This document shows positions 9,247 through 18,946 of a stretch of 48,532 bases of DNA, piece after piece. Positions within the stretch are counted from its first letter, which is position 1. Each line of letters begins with the position of its first letter. The notes beneath the pieces are model-generated. The model was not told where the DNA came from. It did no database searches and worked only from the letters and a program-made list of their open reading frames with translations. A program made the position numbers and the translations under genes. The stretch comes from Elusimicrobiota bacterium. Lineage in GTDB: Bacteria; Elusimicrobiota; Endomicrobiia; CG1-02-37-114; JAHJSO01. The stretch spans positions 1 to 48,532 of the forward strand of contig JBDRQF010000060.1 of assembly GCA_043826435.1 (NCBI GenBank), written 5' to 3'.

Positions 9247-10713
9247 TCTCATCCCTGCTAATTTCTCAGCCAGAATCCTGCACGCCTGTTTCAGTTCTTT
9301 GGCGGACATAGCGTCCTGGTCGTAGGATGCAATTATCTTTCCCGTCTCAACCTCAACAAGGTTGGTTGTAATGTAATATGTGTCCATAAGTTTGGAAAGC
9401 GAACCGACTACCATCGTATGAACATTCAGAAGTTTACCCATCTGCACTGCACACTCGCTTGTGGTGCATCCCGTCTGCTGGAACGCTGCTTCGGCAAGTA
9501 TCTTCTCCATATTCGCCTTTTCTATAACATTGAATCTCCTCGTGTTGACGAGTTCTGTTCTTAAAAAGTCGGCAACTATGGAGGCGTCTGCGGCTGACAC
9601 ATTCTTTGCAGAAAGGTCGGCGACAGCAATATTGGCGATTTGTCCGGGCGGAAGAGAGGGTTTTACGGCGGGTCTTTCTGTGGACGGCGTTACTCCCTCA
9701 ATCTTTCCGAATTGGACTGAAACACCAATCCTGTGCACGGAGAAGGCGCCTCCCATTCCACCGGCGCCCAATCCACTGACCCCATAATCAAAACCAAACT
9801 TCTGGTATTTAAGTCCTAATCCTAAAGAGCCCCCGCCTAAAGCATACGCAGGATACTTCTCTGATGCTGATTTCCCTCCTATGCCGAGACGCAAAAATAT
9901 AGTAGTCCTGTCACTAACCCGCTTTTCATATTCCGCTCCAATCCCCATTCCGCTTGCATTCTTATCGCCCGGGACTGCCTCGTTAGATATTGCAAGAAGC
10001 AACTCTTTGTTTTTGAGTGCCCTGTATGATAATCCCAGCCGTGTAACCTGCGGCTGGTTCTCGGGAAAGTCAGGCCATTGGGAAAATCTAAATTGTCCTC
10101 CTAAATTCGCGAGGCACATTCCGGCAGAAAATCTTTCAAGTTTGAGTGTGGCGGAGATATTTGAATTGCCTGCTTGCCCGTCTAACTTAAAATTGTTGGG
10201 CCCCGACATTTCTATCCCCGCATTGCCCATACCGACGCCGGCTGAAAATATTTTTGAAAGACGCCAGGAGAAAAGAAGGTTGAAAGCCCTGTTCCCGACG
10301 GTATAGCCGCTCGCACCCTTAACGCCTGCCTTGTCGTATGCGTCAACCTCGGTATCAAAACTGAACGTTTGCACGCCGAAAGATACGTCCCTGTACGGGT
10401 ATATAAATCCCAAATACGTGCTGCGGATGTCAGCATAATGGGAGCCGGTGGTAAAGCCCAATTGCGGGTTTTTTGTGAAGGCCGCGGCGCTCGGGTTCCA
10501 GTACAGTGCTGAATAATCCAAGCAGTTAGAAACCACTGCCCCGGACAATGCAGTGGCTCTTGCCCCCTGATGGACGAGTAAAAATTCCCCTGAGAAGTCC
10601 CTGCGTGAAACTTCTGCGGACAACCCGGACGCCACAATCGGCAAGATACCGCAAAACAGAACCGGAACACTGAAAAATACAAAACAAAAGAATTTGCGTT
10701 TCGCGACCATCAT
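9244..10713 (-). CDS. PorV/PorQ(FadL)-like outer-membrane beta-barrel fused to a C-terminal CsgG/TolB-N-like domain
   Basis: N-terminal EFLLVHQGARATALSGAVVS...ALYWNPSA signature, amphipathic strands ending VHRIGVSVQFG; Pro linker; NIAVADL...LRTELVNTRRFNVIEKANMEKILAE...GCTTSECAVQMGKLL...VVGSL...VETGKII. Confidence 0.78.
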   Translation of the reverse strand: MMVAKRKFFCFVFFSVPVLFCGILPIVASGLSAEVSRRDFSGEFLLVHQGARATALSGAVVSNCLDYSALYWNPSAAAFTKNPQLGFTTGSHYADIRSTYLGFIYPYRDVSFGVQTFSFDTEVDAYDKAGVKGASGYTVGNRAFNLLFSWRLSKIFSAGVGMGNAGIEMSGPNNFKLDGQAGNSNISATLKLERFSAGMCLANLGGQFRFSQWPDFPENQPQVTRLGLSYRALKNKELLLAISNEAVPGDKNASGMGIGAEYEKRVSDRTTIFLRLGIGGKSASEKYPAYALGGGSLGLGLKYQKFGFDYGVSGLGAGGMGGAFSVHRIGVSVQFGKIEGVTPSTERPAVKPSLPPGQIANIAVADLSAKNVSAADASIVADFLRTELVNTRRFNVIEKANMEKILAEAAFQQTGCTTSECAVQMGKLLNVHTMVVGSLSKLMDTYYITTNLVEVETGKIIASYDQDAMSAKELKQACRILAEKLAGMR

Positions 10714-10724
10714 TTTAATACGGT

Positions 10725-10753
10725 ATTATACATATTAAAGAGACGAAAGTCAA
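10725..10753 (-). promoter_or_regulatory. Sigma70-type promoter for the PorV-like gene
   Basis: Minus strand TTGACT-17 nt-TATAAT; the -35 overlaps the TGA stop of the upstream gene; predicted start site is only a few nt before the ATG. Confidence 0.75.
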
Positions 10754-12330
10754 GAAAGTGTGATAAAAATCACAAGAACCGATAAAATTAAAAAAATCAG
10801 ACCCGTTGCGAACTTTACTGCCGCTATGTGCCTCCTGCCAAACATCTCTATTTTCTCGGATTTAAGGCCGAACAACATTGACATAAAGATAAACATAAGC
10901 GGGAGGACGAACATTAAGCAATATAGCCCTAAGTAAAACACCGCCTTCGTCCTGAAATGGCCCACGGAAACCATGTACATTATCGTCGGGAGATAAATCT
11001 GCCCCGTGCAGAAAAATTCAAGTAATGAAATTGCCGCCCCTAATATAAATCCAAAAGGCATGATGTATTTAAGTTTACCGTATTTCTCAACAAGGGCGTA
11101 TATCTTCCACCTGAAATAATTCGGCAGTTGAAGAACAACCTTCGCCTGTTTTCCCTGTTCAATCGCCCTGACGGCAAAATAGTCGGAGAAACTGTAATAT
11201 GACAAAACCAGTGTTATAACCCCGACAACCCCGTATATTATTTTTGACACGGCGGATGCCTGCCCTATCGTTGCAAGGACTTTTGATAGCCCCAGTCCGA
11301 TTAAAAAATAAACAACAAAAGTTCCGATAATAAACATTATCCCCGTCCAGAATACCTCAACCGTGCGTCTCTTCTGAATCATTGACAGGTATGCAATCAA
11401 AAATACAATCCCCGCGAAGGCGCAGGGGTTTAAACCGTCAACGAGCCCGGCTACCATCACGGGTAAAATGCCGAGGGAATCAACCCTTTTCTTTATGTCA
11501 GCCATCGTAAGACGCTCACCGGTCTCCGGAGAGCGGCGCTCGTCCTGCATCATCCCAACGGCGCGGATAATTTCTTCTTCAAGTTGCCTGCGGATTTCCG
11601 AACTCCCCCCAAGTATTTTCCCGCCTATAACAACCGCCGGGAGTTTGTTGTTTTCGTCCCGCAGTTCCTTTTCAACCAGCAGGAACTTTTCGTAATTCTC
11701 CGGGTCATTAAGCAAATAACTTTTAATGATTATGGCTTTATTATATTTCCTGCTTAAACGTGGGACAGTCGTTTCCTTTAACTCTATACAATACCTGCAG
11801 TTCGGGGTGTGGAACATTTCAATTATCAATCCGCGTGGGGCTTTCTGGCCGGCATCCTGGACTTCCCCTGCCCGGACCGGCGGGTGCGTTCGGATTTCCG
11901 CTGGCTGCGCAATCCCCTCGCCCGACTTCCTGCCGGCAATTTCTCCCTCTATCAACCAGGTAACCTGTCCGTTCCGGGGGTCGTTCGTGTCCATAAAAAT
12001 GTAATATCTTTTCTTTCCCGAATATCCCGCAGTGTCAAAATTTATTCTGACATTCTTTTTTCCGCCCGGATGGACAGCCAGTCCTGAAACGTCGGTCGTT
12101 ACGCACTCGCAGGAGGACCTTATTTTTAATTTGAGGGTTTCGGTGCCTGTATTTGTTATGGTGAGAATTTTTTTTAGGAGTGTTCCTTCTTTTACCCGCT
12201 GGAACTCCCAGTAGGCATCAGAAAGCCCGATGGAGGGGGATGAGATTGCCGCGGTCGCCTCTGGCGACCTCGCAATGACGCATAGAATGGATATAAAAAT
12301 AATGGTGGGGAGCGTGGTGACGTGTTTCAC
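10750..12330 (-). CDS. DUF1573(Ig-like)::thioredoxin-like::CcdA/DsbD-like membrane thiol-redox fusion protein
   Basis: Signal peptide; ITNTG...SSCECVT...VHPGG...TNDP (DUF1573-like); FHTPNCRYC (Trx fold); membrane domain with AGLVDGLNPCAF and EFFCTGQIYLP. GTG start overlaps upstream stop. Confidence 0.8.
   Translation of the reverse strand: MKHVTTLPTIIFISILCVIARSPEATAAISSPSIGLSDAYWEFQRVKEGTLLKKILTITNTGTETLKLKIRSSCECVTTDVSGLAVHPGGKKNVRINFDTAGYSGKKRYYIFMDTNDPRNGQVTWLIEGEIAGRKSGEGIAQPAEIRTHPPVRAGEVQDAGQKAPRGLIIEMFHTPNCRYCIELKETTVPRLSRKYNKAIIIKSYLLNDPENYEKFLLVEKELRDENNKLPAVVIGGKILGGSSEIRRQLEEEIIRAVGMMQDERRSPETGERLTMADIKKRVDSLGILPVMVAGLVDGLNPCAFAGIVFLIAYLSMIQKRRTVEVFWTGIMFIIGTFVVYFLIGLGLSKVLATIGQASAVSKIIYGVVGVITLVLSYYSFSDYFAVRAIEQGKQAKVVLQLPNYFRWKIYALVEKYGKLKYIMPFGFILGAAISLLEFFCTGQIYLPTIMYMVSVGHFRTKAVFYLGLYCLMFVLPLMFIFMSMLFGLKSEKIEMFGRRHIAAVKFATGLIFLILSVLVIFITLS
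12241..12279 (-). repeat. REP-like palindromic element embedded in frame in a coding sequence
   Basis: Minus strand GTCATTGCGAGGTCGCCAGAGGCGACCGCGGCAATCTCA, 39 bp = 13 codons (VIARSPEATAAIS), same ends as the intergenic copies. Confidence 0.88.
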
Positions 12331-13766
12331 TTAATTATTATTTTTCGCAACGATTTTTTTAGTTCGTCATTATACCGGGTAACCAGTTCTCTCGTCGGCG
12401 GGTCGTCTTGGACGTCCTTATTCAGGATAACGAACTCGTTTGAGTAAGAAATAATCTTTTTGCCCGGAGGGGGGCCTAACGTAAGTTCCAGCCGTCCGAC
12501 CCTGTGGCCGTTTTCTCCACCCTGGACAATAATTGTATTGCCGACTTTAAGCGGGTCCTTGTGAAATGTCTGTGAATGCCCGCCGATTATTACATCAATA
12601 CCGGGAATCTCTTCTGCTATTTTGCGGTCAGTGTCGTCCCCGCAGTGCGAGAGTAAAACGACCATGTCCGCCTCTTTACGGATTTCGGGGATCGTTTGTT
12701 TTAGGTACTCAATGTAATCAGATGTCTTGATTTGTTTGGTTTTATCGTCCGGGAATAAATCAAATACAGATGAATCAATCACCGAAATAAAAACAATACT
12801 TACCGGGCCGATTTGCTTCAGGAGATACGGTTCCGCTAATGGATAACACAATTTGTCGTCGCAGGTCTGAATATTTGAGGCGATAAACGGCAGCCTTTTT
12901 ATATTCTTCATTAAAAAGTCGGCGCCACAGATGAATTCCTGGTCACCGACGCCCACGGCATCGTAACCGATTGATTCCATGATTTTCAGGCAGTACTCTG
13001 CAAGTATTTTGTTTTCTCTCGGCGGGAAGGTATCGCCTGTATCAACCGTCACAGCATCGGGATATCGGGCTTTCAATTTCTTTATCGCAGTTACTCTCCT
13101 CACGAGACCCCCGAACGGGTTTTCGGGGCAATCGCATGACTCCAGGTATCCGTTTGCACTATGGGTGTATATAATATTTATTGTGGTTTTCTTCGTAGAA
13201 GCAGAAGGCGAGACGACCGTTTCTTTCTGCAGCGCCTGTATCGTTTCTTCAAGTATTTTTTCAATATCAGGGTGATACCCCTTTAGGTGTTTTTTTATTA
13301 TTCCGTCTTTCCCGATGACAAAGGTTTGTGGGATTTCCGCTTGCCCGTACTTTGTAACTCCGTATTTTCCCCCCGCCCTGTGGCCCAGCGGGTCAATCAA
13401 CACGGGGATTGTAACCCTGTTTTTTTTAATCCAGCCTGGGAGTTTGTTTTTGTAATTTTCATCCAATGATATTAAAAATATTTTTACCCCGGACGTGAAT
13501 TTTTTGTGAATTTTTTCAAGCGCGGGTAATTCCTTTTCGCATGGCTCGCAGGTGGTATCAAAAAAACTCAGGACTACGACATTATTACCGTCCAGCACGG
13601 AGGAAAGGGATACAGGTGCCTCCTGCCTATCCGGACTGAACACTTCAAGACGGATTGCCGGCGCTTCCTTACCTGCCAGTGTTTTTTTCATGGCAGTCGC
13701 CACCGCTACGGATGAAACGGACAAACATAAAACCGCAGACACCGCAATTAAATTAATGGCTTTCAT
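12327..13766 (-). CDS. Exported TlpA-like thioredoxin fused to a degenerate UshA/5'-nucleotidase-like metallophosphoesterase domain
   Basis: Signal peptide; SFFDTTCEPCEKELP...IPQTFVIGKDG (TlpA/redoxin); IIYTHSANGYLESCDCPENPFGG, VDTGD, GDQEF, LSHCG, IIGGHSQ. Confidence 0.8.
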   Translation of the reverse strand: MKAINLIAVSAVLCLSVSSVAVATAMKKTLAGKEAPAIRLEVFSPDRQEAPVSLSSVLDGNNVVVLSFFDTTCEPCEKELPALEKIHKKFTSGVKIFLISLDENYKNKLPGWIKKNRVTIPVLIDPLGHRAGGKYGVTKYGQAEIPQTFVIGKDGIIKKHLKGYHPDIEKILEETIQALQKETVVSPSASTKKTTINIIYTHSANGYLESCDCPENPFGGLVRRVTAIKKLKARYPDAVTVDTGDTFPPRENKILAEYCLKIMESIGYDAVGVGDQEFICGADFLMKNIKRLPFIASNIQTCDDKLCYPLAEPYLLKQIGPVSIVFISVIDSSVFDLFPDDKTKQIKTSDYIEYLKQTIPEIRKEADMVVLLSHCGDDTDRKIAEEIPGIDVIIGGHSQTFHKDPLKVGNTIIVQGGENGHRVGRLELTLGPPPGKKIISYSNEFVILNKDVQDDPPTRELVTRYNDELKKSLRKIIIK

Positions 13767-13821
13767 TTAGAAGTCCTCCTGGTGTCCCTTAAATCTCTTG
13801 ACATTTGAATACCCATTGGAT

Positions 13822-13948
13822 TGTCATTGCGAGCGACCGAAGGGAGCGTGGCAATCCCCTTGTCTTATGGGTTTGCTTCGGCTTCGCCTCGCAACCGCTA
13901 ACGCTCCTCGCAATGACAAACCGCAGGATGCGCAATGACAAATCGCAG
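13822..13948. repeat. Composite REP-like element in the divergent intergenic region
   Basis: TGTCATTGCGAGCGACCGAAGGGAGCGTGGCAATCCC followed by nested inverted partial units (TTGCTTCGGCTTCGCCTCGCAA, CGCTAACGCTCCTCGCAATGACA) and a tandem CGCAATGACAAAYCGCAG duplication. Confidence 0.85.
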
Positions 13949-13986
13949 AATACTTAATGCGTTTGTATTAGAATGTTAGTTTACCC

Positions 13987-15771
13987 ATGAAAAGAACGCA
14001 CTATTGCGGAGAACTCAATTTAAAAAATGTCAATCAGAAGGTTATCCTGTGCGGCTGGGTACATACCCGCCGTGACCACGGCGGCGTTATCTTTATTGAT
14101 TTGAGGGACAGGGAAGGCATCGTGCAGGTGGTGTTTCGTCCTGAGGAGAAAGATCTTTTCATCCGGGCGGAGAAAATTCGTTCTGAATATGTTCTGCAGA
14201 TAGAGGGGAATGTCAGTAGCCGGCCGGATGGCACAAAGAATCCGAAACTGCCGACGGGCGAGGTTGAAATCATAGTTGAAAAGATGGAAATCCTCAATAC
14301 ATCCGAAGTGCCTCCGTTTGAGATTAGTTCCTTTTCTGTTGCGGGAGAAGAACTGCGTCTGAAATACAGGTATCTGGACCTCAGACGTAAAAAACTTAAA
14401 GATAACCTGATAATCAGGCATAAATTATCGCACACAGTCAGGAAACTTTTATCAGGGGAGGGCTTTATTGAAATTGAAACACCGTTTCTCACGAAATCAA
14501 CCCCGGAGGGAGCAAGGGATTTTCTTGTCCCGTCACGCCTGAACCCGGGGACTTTCTATGCCCTGCCGCAATCACCCCAACTTTTTAAACAGATTCTTAT
14601 GGTGTCTGGCGTGGACAGATATTTTCAGGTAGTAAGGTGTTTCAGGGATGAGGATTTGAGAGCTGACCGTCAGCCGGAATTCACGCAGATTGATATAGAA
14701 ATGAGTTTTGTTGACGAGGAAGATGTAATCGCAACTGTGGAAAAACTTCTTTCGGTTTTAATGAGGGATATTCTTGGCGTGGAGATAAAGACACCGTTCG
14801 CCCGCATGGACTATGAATATGCTATCAATACCTATGGGACAGACAAACCCGATTTGAGATACAGGGACGTTATGAAAATCACCGACGTTTCAGCCGTTGT
14901 TGCCGGTTCGGGTTTTAAGATTTTTTCCGAAGCGGTAAAAGCGGGGGGTTGCGTTAAGTGTGTATCTGTCCCGCCGGCTGTTGACGGTAAAGCCGGTTTT
15001 TCACGCTCCGCGATTGACGAACTCACAAAGTTCGCCACGGGATTAGGTGCCAAAGGCCTTGCCTGGCTGAATAATTCATCACCTATAAAAAGGTTCTTTT
15101 CTGACGGCGAAATAAAAAATATTTATTCAGTAATTGGGTACAATCGGGAGGGGACGCAGCCGGATCCCGCCGCACCCATGGTCTTTTTCATTGCAGATAA
15201 AAAAGAGACGGCTAACGCCGTGCTTGGCGCATTGAGGACGGAGATTATCAACCGTTTAAAAATAAAACCTGTTTTGGAATATGAATTCGTCTGGGTCGTG
15301 AATTTCCCTCTTTTTGAGTGGTCTGAAGAAGAAAAGCGGTTTGTGAGCATGCACCACCCGTTTACCCAACCCGTGGACGAAAAAATGCTGGACGGGGACC
15401 TTTCAAAGGTTGCCGCCCGGGCATACGACATAGTGCTTAACGGAACGGAATTAGGCGGCGGGAGCATCCGTATCCACAGGACGGACCTCCAGGAGAAAAT
15501 TTTCTCAATTTTAAAGATTTCCGGGAGCGAGGCGAAAGACAGGTTCGGTTTTTTGCTTGAGGCGTTAAAATTCGGTGCGCCGCCGCACGGTGGTATTGCC
15601 CTGGGGTTTGACCGTTTGTGCGCAATCCTGTGCGGGGAGGAGTCAATAAGGGATGTGATTGCATTCCCGAAGACGCAGAAGGGGATATGCCCTCTCACCG
15701 GCGCACCCGACGCTGTTTCCAGCAAACAACTGAAGGAGTTATCAATAGAAGTGAAGGATGGCGAAAAATGA
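13987..15771 (+). CDS. aspS: Aspartate--tRNA ligase (probably non-discriminating Asp/Asn type)
   Basis: MKRTHYCG, RRDHGGVIFIDLRD (His in this motif is typical of ND-AspRS), STPEGARDF, YALPQSPQLFKQ, FRDEDLRADRQPEFTQ, GAPPHGGIALGFDR. Confidence 0.97.
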   Translation: MKRTHYCGELNLKNVNQKVILCGWVHTRRDHGGVIFIDLRDREGIVQVVFRPEEKDLFIRAEKIRSEYVLQIEGNVSSRPDGTKNPKLPTGEVEIIVEKMEILNTSEVPPFEISSFSVAGEELRLKYRYLDLRRKKLKDNLIIRHKLSHTVRKLLSGEGFIEIETPFLTKSTPEGARDFLVPSRLNPGTFYALPQSPQLFKQILMVSGVDRYFQVVRCFRDEDLRADRQPEFTQIDIEMSFVDEEDVIATVEKLLSVLMRDILGVEIKTPFARMDYEYAINTYGTDKPDLRYRDVMKITDVSAVVAGSGFKIFSEAVKAGGCVKCVSVPPAVDGKAGFSRSAIDELTKFATGLGAKGLAWLNNSSPIKRFFSDGEIKNIYSVIGYNREGTQPDPAAPMVFFIADKKETANAVLGALRTEIINRLKIKPVLEYEFVWVVNFPLFEWSEEEKRFVSMHHPFTQPVDEKMLDGDLSKVAARAYDIVLNGTELGGGSIRIHRTDLQEKIFSILKISGSEAKDRFGFLLEALKFGAPPHGGIALGFDRLCAILCGEESIRDVIAFPKTQKGICPLTGAPDAVSSKQLKELSIEVKDGEK

Positions 15772-16073
15772 AATCAATCCTGTTTTTAGCGTTTTTTTTG
15801 ACGAACCTGCCTGTTTTTGCAGGTGAATCGGCAAAGGGGCGTCAGAGATCAGCCGTATCGGCGGACAGCCGGCAGCCGGGTGAACACACCGTCTGGTTGT
15901 GGCAGGAGTCAAAGGACTGTTTGTGGAACATAGCGAAGAAGTACTATGGCGATGGGTCCAAGTGGCGGCTGATATACGATGCGAACAGGGACGTAATAGA
16001 AGACCCTTCACTGATTTACCCGAAGCAGCGGCTCAGGATACCTCTGCAAAATGGTACTGAAAAAGACGACTGA
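15768..16073 (+). CDS. Small secreted LysM-domain protein
   Basis: ATG overlaps aspS stop (ATGA); signal peptide; DCLWNIAKKYYGDGSKWRLIYDANRDVIEDPSLIYPKQRLRIP, paralogous to the LysM at 1-348. Confidence 0.87.
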   Translation: MKSILFLAFFLTNLPVFAGESAKGRQRSAVSADSRQPGEHTVWLWQESKDCLWNIAKKYYGDGSKWRLIYDANRDVIEDPSLIYPKQRLRIPLQNGTEKDD

Positions 16074-16106
16074 GCCGACCGGGGAGCGTCGGGCGAAAAA
16101 GTAAAA

Positions 16107-17063
16107 ATGAAAAAACGGTTGTACCTGAACGATAGCGACGAAACACTTGATGTCCTCGGTGAGCAGGACAAGAATATCATTCAACTTGAAAAGGATTTTG
16201 ACGTCCGGATATATTGCATGCAGGAGGAGAAATCGGGCAGGTATATCCTTGAAATCACGGGGCCGGGCGAAAGCGTCCGTGCGGCAATGAACAGAATTAA
16301 TGAAAAAAGGGAACAAGGAGCCAGGTCAAAGAAGACGAAGGGAGACATCCCGCGTGGGATAAGGCAGGGTGCGTTATACGTTAGTTGTACGGGCAAGCAG
16401 ATAACGCCGTTCTCAAACAATCAGAGGGCATATCTGGAATATATTAAGGACTACGACCTTGTGATAGGCATCGGCCCCGCAGGTACGGGCAAGACGTTCC
16501 TTGCAGTCGTTTCGGCCCTGGCGATGCTTGAGAGCGGTAAAGTCAACAGGATAATCCTTACAAGGCCGGTGGTTGAGGCGGGCGAAAAACTGGGCTTCCT
16601 GCCGGGGGACTTATACGATAAAGTCAACCCTTACCTGAAACCGCTCTACGACGCATTCTATTATCTGATAGGCCCCGAAAAATTCCGCAGGTACAGGGAG
16701 AACGAAACGATAGAGATTGTCCCTCTTGCCTACATGAGGGGCAGGACGCTTGAGGATGCATTCATCATACTGGACGAAGCCCAGAATACAATCCCCGAAC
16801 AGATGAAGATGTTCCTCACGCGGTTAGGGTTCGGTTCACAGGCGGTAATTACAGGGGACATCACCCAGATTGACATAGAGAACAAGCGCCAGTCGGGTCT
16901 CGTCCAGAGCGAAAAGATTCTCTCGGGCGTGAGCGGCATAAAATTTGTGCGTTTTTCCGAGGAAGACGTAGTCAGGCATGACCTCGTCCGGGAAATAATA
17001 AAAGCATACGACGTTTGGGAAGGACGCCTGGAAAAAAAACGCTCTCCTGAAAAAAATGATTAA
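16107..17063 (+). CDS. phoH: PhoH-family ATPase (YbeZ-like)
   Basis: [56 protein letters not shown]. Confidence 0.96.
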   Translation: MKKRLYLNDSDETLDVLGEQDKNIIQLEKDFDVRIYCMQEEKSGRYILEITGPGESVRAAMNRINEKREQGARSKKTKGDIPRGIRQGALYVSCTGKQITPFSNNQRAYLEYIKDYDLVIGIGPAGTGKTFLAVVSALAMLESGKVNRIILTRPVVEAGEKLGFLPGDLYDKVNPYLKPLYDAFYYLIGPEKFRRYRENETIEIVPLAYMRGRTLEDAFIILDEAQNTIPEQMKMFLTRLGFGSQAVITGDITQIDIENKRQSGLVQSEKILSGVSGIKFVRFSEEDVVRHDLVREIIKAYDVWEGRLEKKRSPEKND

Positions 17064-18537
17064 AAATATTTTCAAAAAGATGCTGTTGCGGATGTTGATA
17101 TGGACTGAAAAAAGACCTCAGCAGGAGACGGCGCACAAGAAACTGCCTTTCTGGTACAAGGAGGTCCACATACCGGTCACGGTGATAATAACCGTGAACG
17201 CCCTGTTGATACTGGTATCCCTGATTCTTGAAGTTGGCCCGACGGCGAGAAAACTTACCGGCCTGATATTGTTTCTCGGTATATTCTTCCTGCTGGTCGT
17301 TTCGTACATGAGGAAGTATCTGTCCCACCTGAGCAAAGATAACGATGCAATAATGCTGATGGGCATTTTAACCAGCATGTCCGTCCTGGTTATAGAAACG
17401 GTAAAGTCGGGCAGGGGTTTGTCTCCGTTTTTCATCCCGCTGGCGGGAATAATACTTCTGGCGGCGATGCTGTTGGGCGAGTCCGCAGGCATAATCCTGT
17501 CGGTTGCGGTCTCCGTCGTCCTGGGACTTATGTACGGTTTTAATTTTGAGTATTTTATCTATCATTTTGTCGCGGGGCTTGTGGCCGTATGGTATTCGGG
17601 AAGAATTAAACGCAGGCAGGACATTATGACTAACGGGGTTTACGTTGCGGTTTCAAATATAATCTTTATATTCATTTTTACCCTGCTTGGGAGGTTGAGG
17701 GCAAGCGACCTCCAGGGTAATTTACTCTGGGCGGTAGCGAACGGTTTTTCAGGGGCAATCCTTGTGCTTGCGTTACTGTCGCCTTTTGAAACGTTTTTTT
17801 CCCGTATAACCCACATTAAACTTATTGAACTTTCCGATTTCAACCAGCCGGTACTCAAACGGTTGATGTTGGAGGCGCCGGGCACATTCCAGCACTCCCT
17901 GAGCGTGGCATCTATCGCAGAACAGGCGGCTGAGGCGATAGGCGCCGACTCACTCCTTGTCCGGGTCGGCAGTTTTTATCACGATGTAGGAAAACTGATA
18001 AAACCGGAATATTTTATTGAAAACCAGATAGCCACCGAGAACCCGCACGATTTTATACAGCCGTCAATGTCCGGGCTTGTCGTTATATCGCACGTAAGGG
18101 AGGGGGCGAGCATCGCCCGTCTCCAGAACCTTGACAGGCCTATAATTGATCTGATAGAGCAGCACCACGGGACATCGCTCATGTACGTTTTCTACCAGAA
18201 GGCGCTTGAGAGCATGGGCGAGACAAAGGAAGCCGTCTTCCGTTACCCCGGGCCGAAGCCGAAGACAAAGGAGTCGGCCATACTTATGCTGGCTGACTCG
18301 TGCGAGGCGGCGACGAGGGCAGTGGAGTCGCTGTCACCCGGCAAAATAAAAGATACGGTTGAGAAAGTGATAAACAATAAGTTCACCGACGGCCAGTTTG
18401 ACGAAGCGCCCATAAGTTTGTCCGACCTGCATAAGTTAGCTGAGAGCATGATAACGACGCTTACGGGGATGCACCACGCAAGGGTAGAATATGAACAACA
18501 AGAAACAAAGGAGCGGGGTCCGGATTCACAGGGCTGA
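17056..18537 (+). CDS. 7TM-HD (HDIG) phosphohydrolase, PgpH-like but lacking the large extracellular domain
   Basis: Multiple TM helices then [48 protein letters not shown]; synteny phoH-HD-ybeY. Confidence 0.9.
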   Translation: MIKNIFKKMLLRMLIWTEKRPQQETAHKKLPFWYKEVHIPVTVIITVNALLILVSLILEVGPTARKLTGLILFLGIFFLLVVSYMRKYLSHLSKDNDAIMLMGILTSMSVLVIETVKSGRGLSPFFIPLAGIILLAAMLLGESAGIILSVAVSVVLGLMYGFNFEYFIYHFVAGLVAVWYSGRIKRRQDIMTNGVYVAVSNIIFIFIFTLLGRLRASDLQGNLLWAVANGFSGAILVLALLSPFETFFSRITHIKLIELSDFNQPVLKRLMLEAPGTFQHSLSVASIAEQAAEAIGADSLLVRVGSFYHDVGKLIKPEYFIENQIATENPHDFIQPSMSGLVVISHVREGASIARLQNLDRPIIDLIEQHHGTSLMYVFYQKALESMGETKEAVFRYPGPKPKTKESAILMLADSCEAATRAVESLSPGKIKDTVEKVINNKFTDGQFDEAPISLSDLHKLAESMITTLTGMHHARVEYEQQETKERGPDSQG

Positions 18538-18946
18538 AATTGAAATTAAACTTTCCGGAAGGACGGACTGGTGGATTAAGAAGGCCGTGAGGGCGTGTTT
18601 CAAAAAAGAAAAATCCGCAGCAGTTTATGACCTTGACATAATCTTTGTCCACGACAGGTACATCAGAGGACTGAACAGGGAATATCTCGGAAAAAACAAC
18701 CGGACAGACGTCCTGTGTTTCCCTTACAATTCAGGAAACACTCTGCAGGCCGACATGTTTATTTCGGTTGATTCCTGCCGCAGGCAGGCCGTGTCGTACG
18801 GCCATACGACGTTAAGGGAAATACTTTTTGTGGTTGTCCACGGTGTCCTGCACCTCCTCGGGTGGGAAGACCGCTCCCCCGCGTCAAGGAAGAAGATGTG
18901 GCTCAGGCAGGAACAAATACTTTCTGCAACCGGAGTCCCCGGATGA
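18491..18946 (+). CDS. ybeY: rRNA maturation endoribonuclease YbeY
   Basis: LNREYLGK..TDVLCFP, VVHGVLHLLGWED (third His of the HxxxHxxGxDH motif appears replaced); start uncertain. Confidence 0.88.
   Translation: MNNKKQRSGVRIHRAEIEIKLSGRTDWWIKKAVRACFKKEKSAAVYDLDIIFVHDRYIRGLNREYLGKNNRTDVLCFPYNSGNTLQADMFISVDSCRRQAVSYGHTTLREILFVVVHGVLHLLGWEDRSPASRKKMWLRQEQILSATGVPG

Noticed and set aside
16071..16109. UGA readthrough (selenocysteine or recoding) joining the LysM ORF in frame to phoH
   Set aside because: The frame is open, but a secreted LysM fused to cytoplasmic PhoH makes little sense, there is no redox motif context or clear SECIS hairpin, and TGA acts as a normal stop elsewhere (ATGA overlaps).
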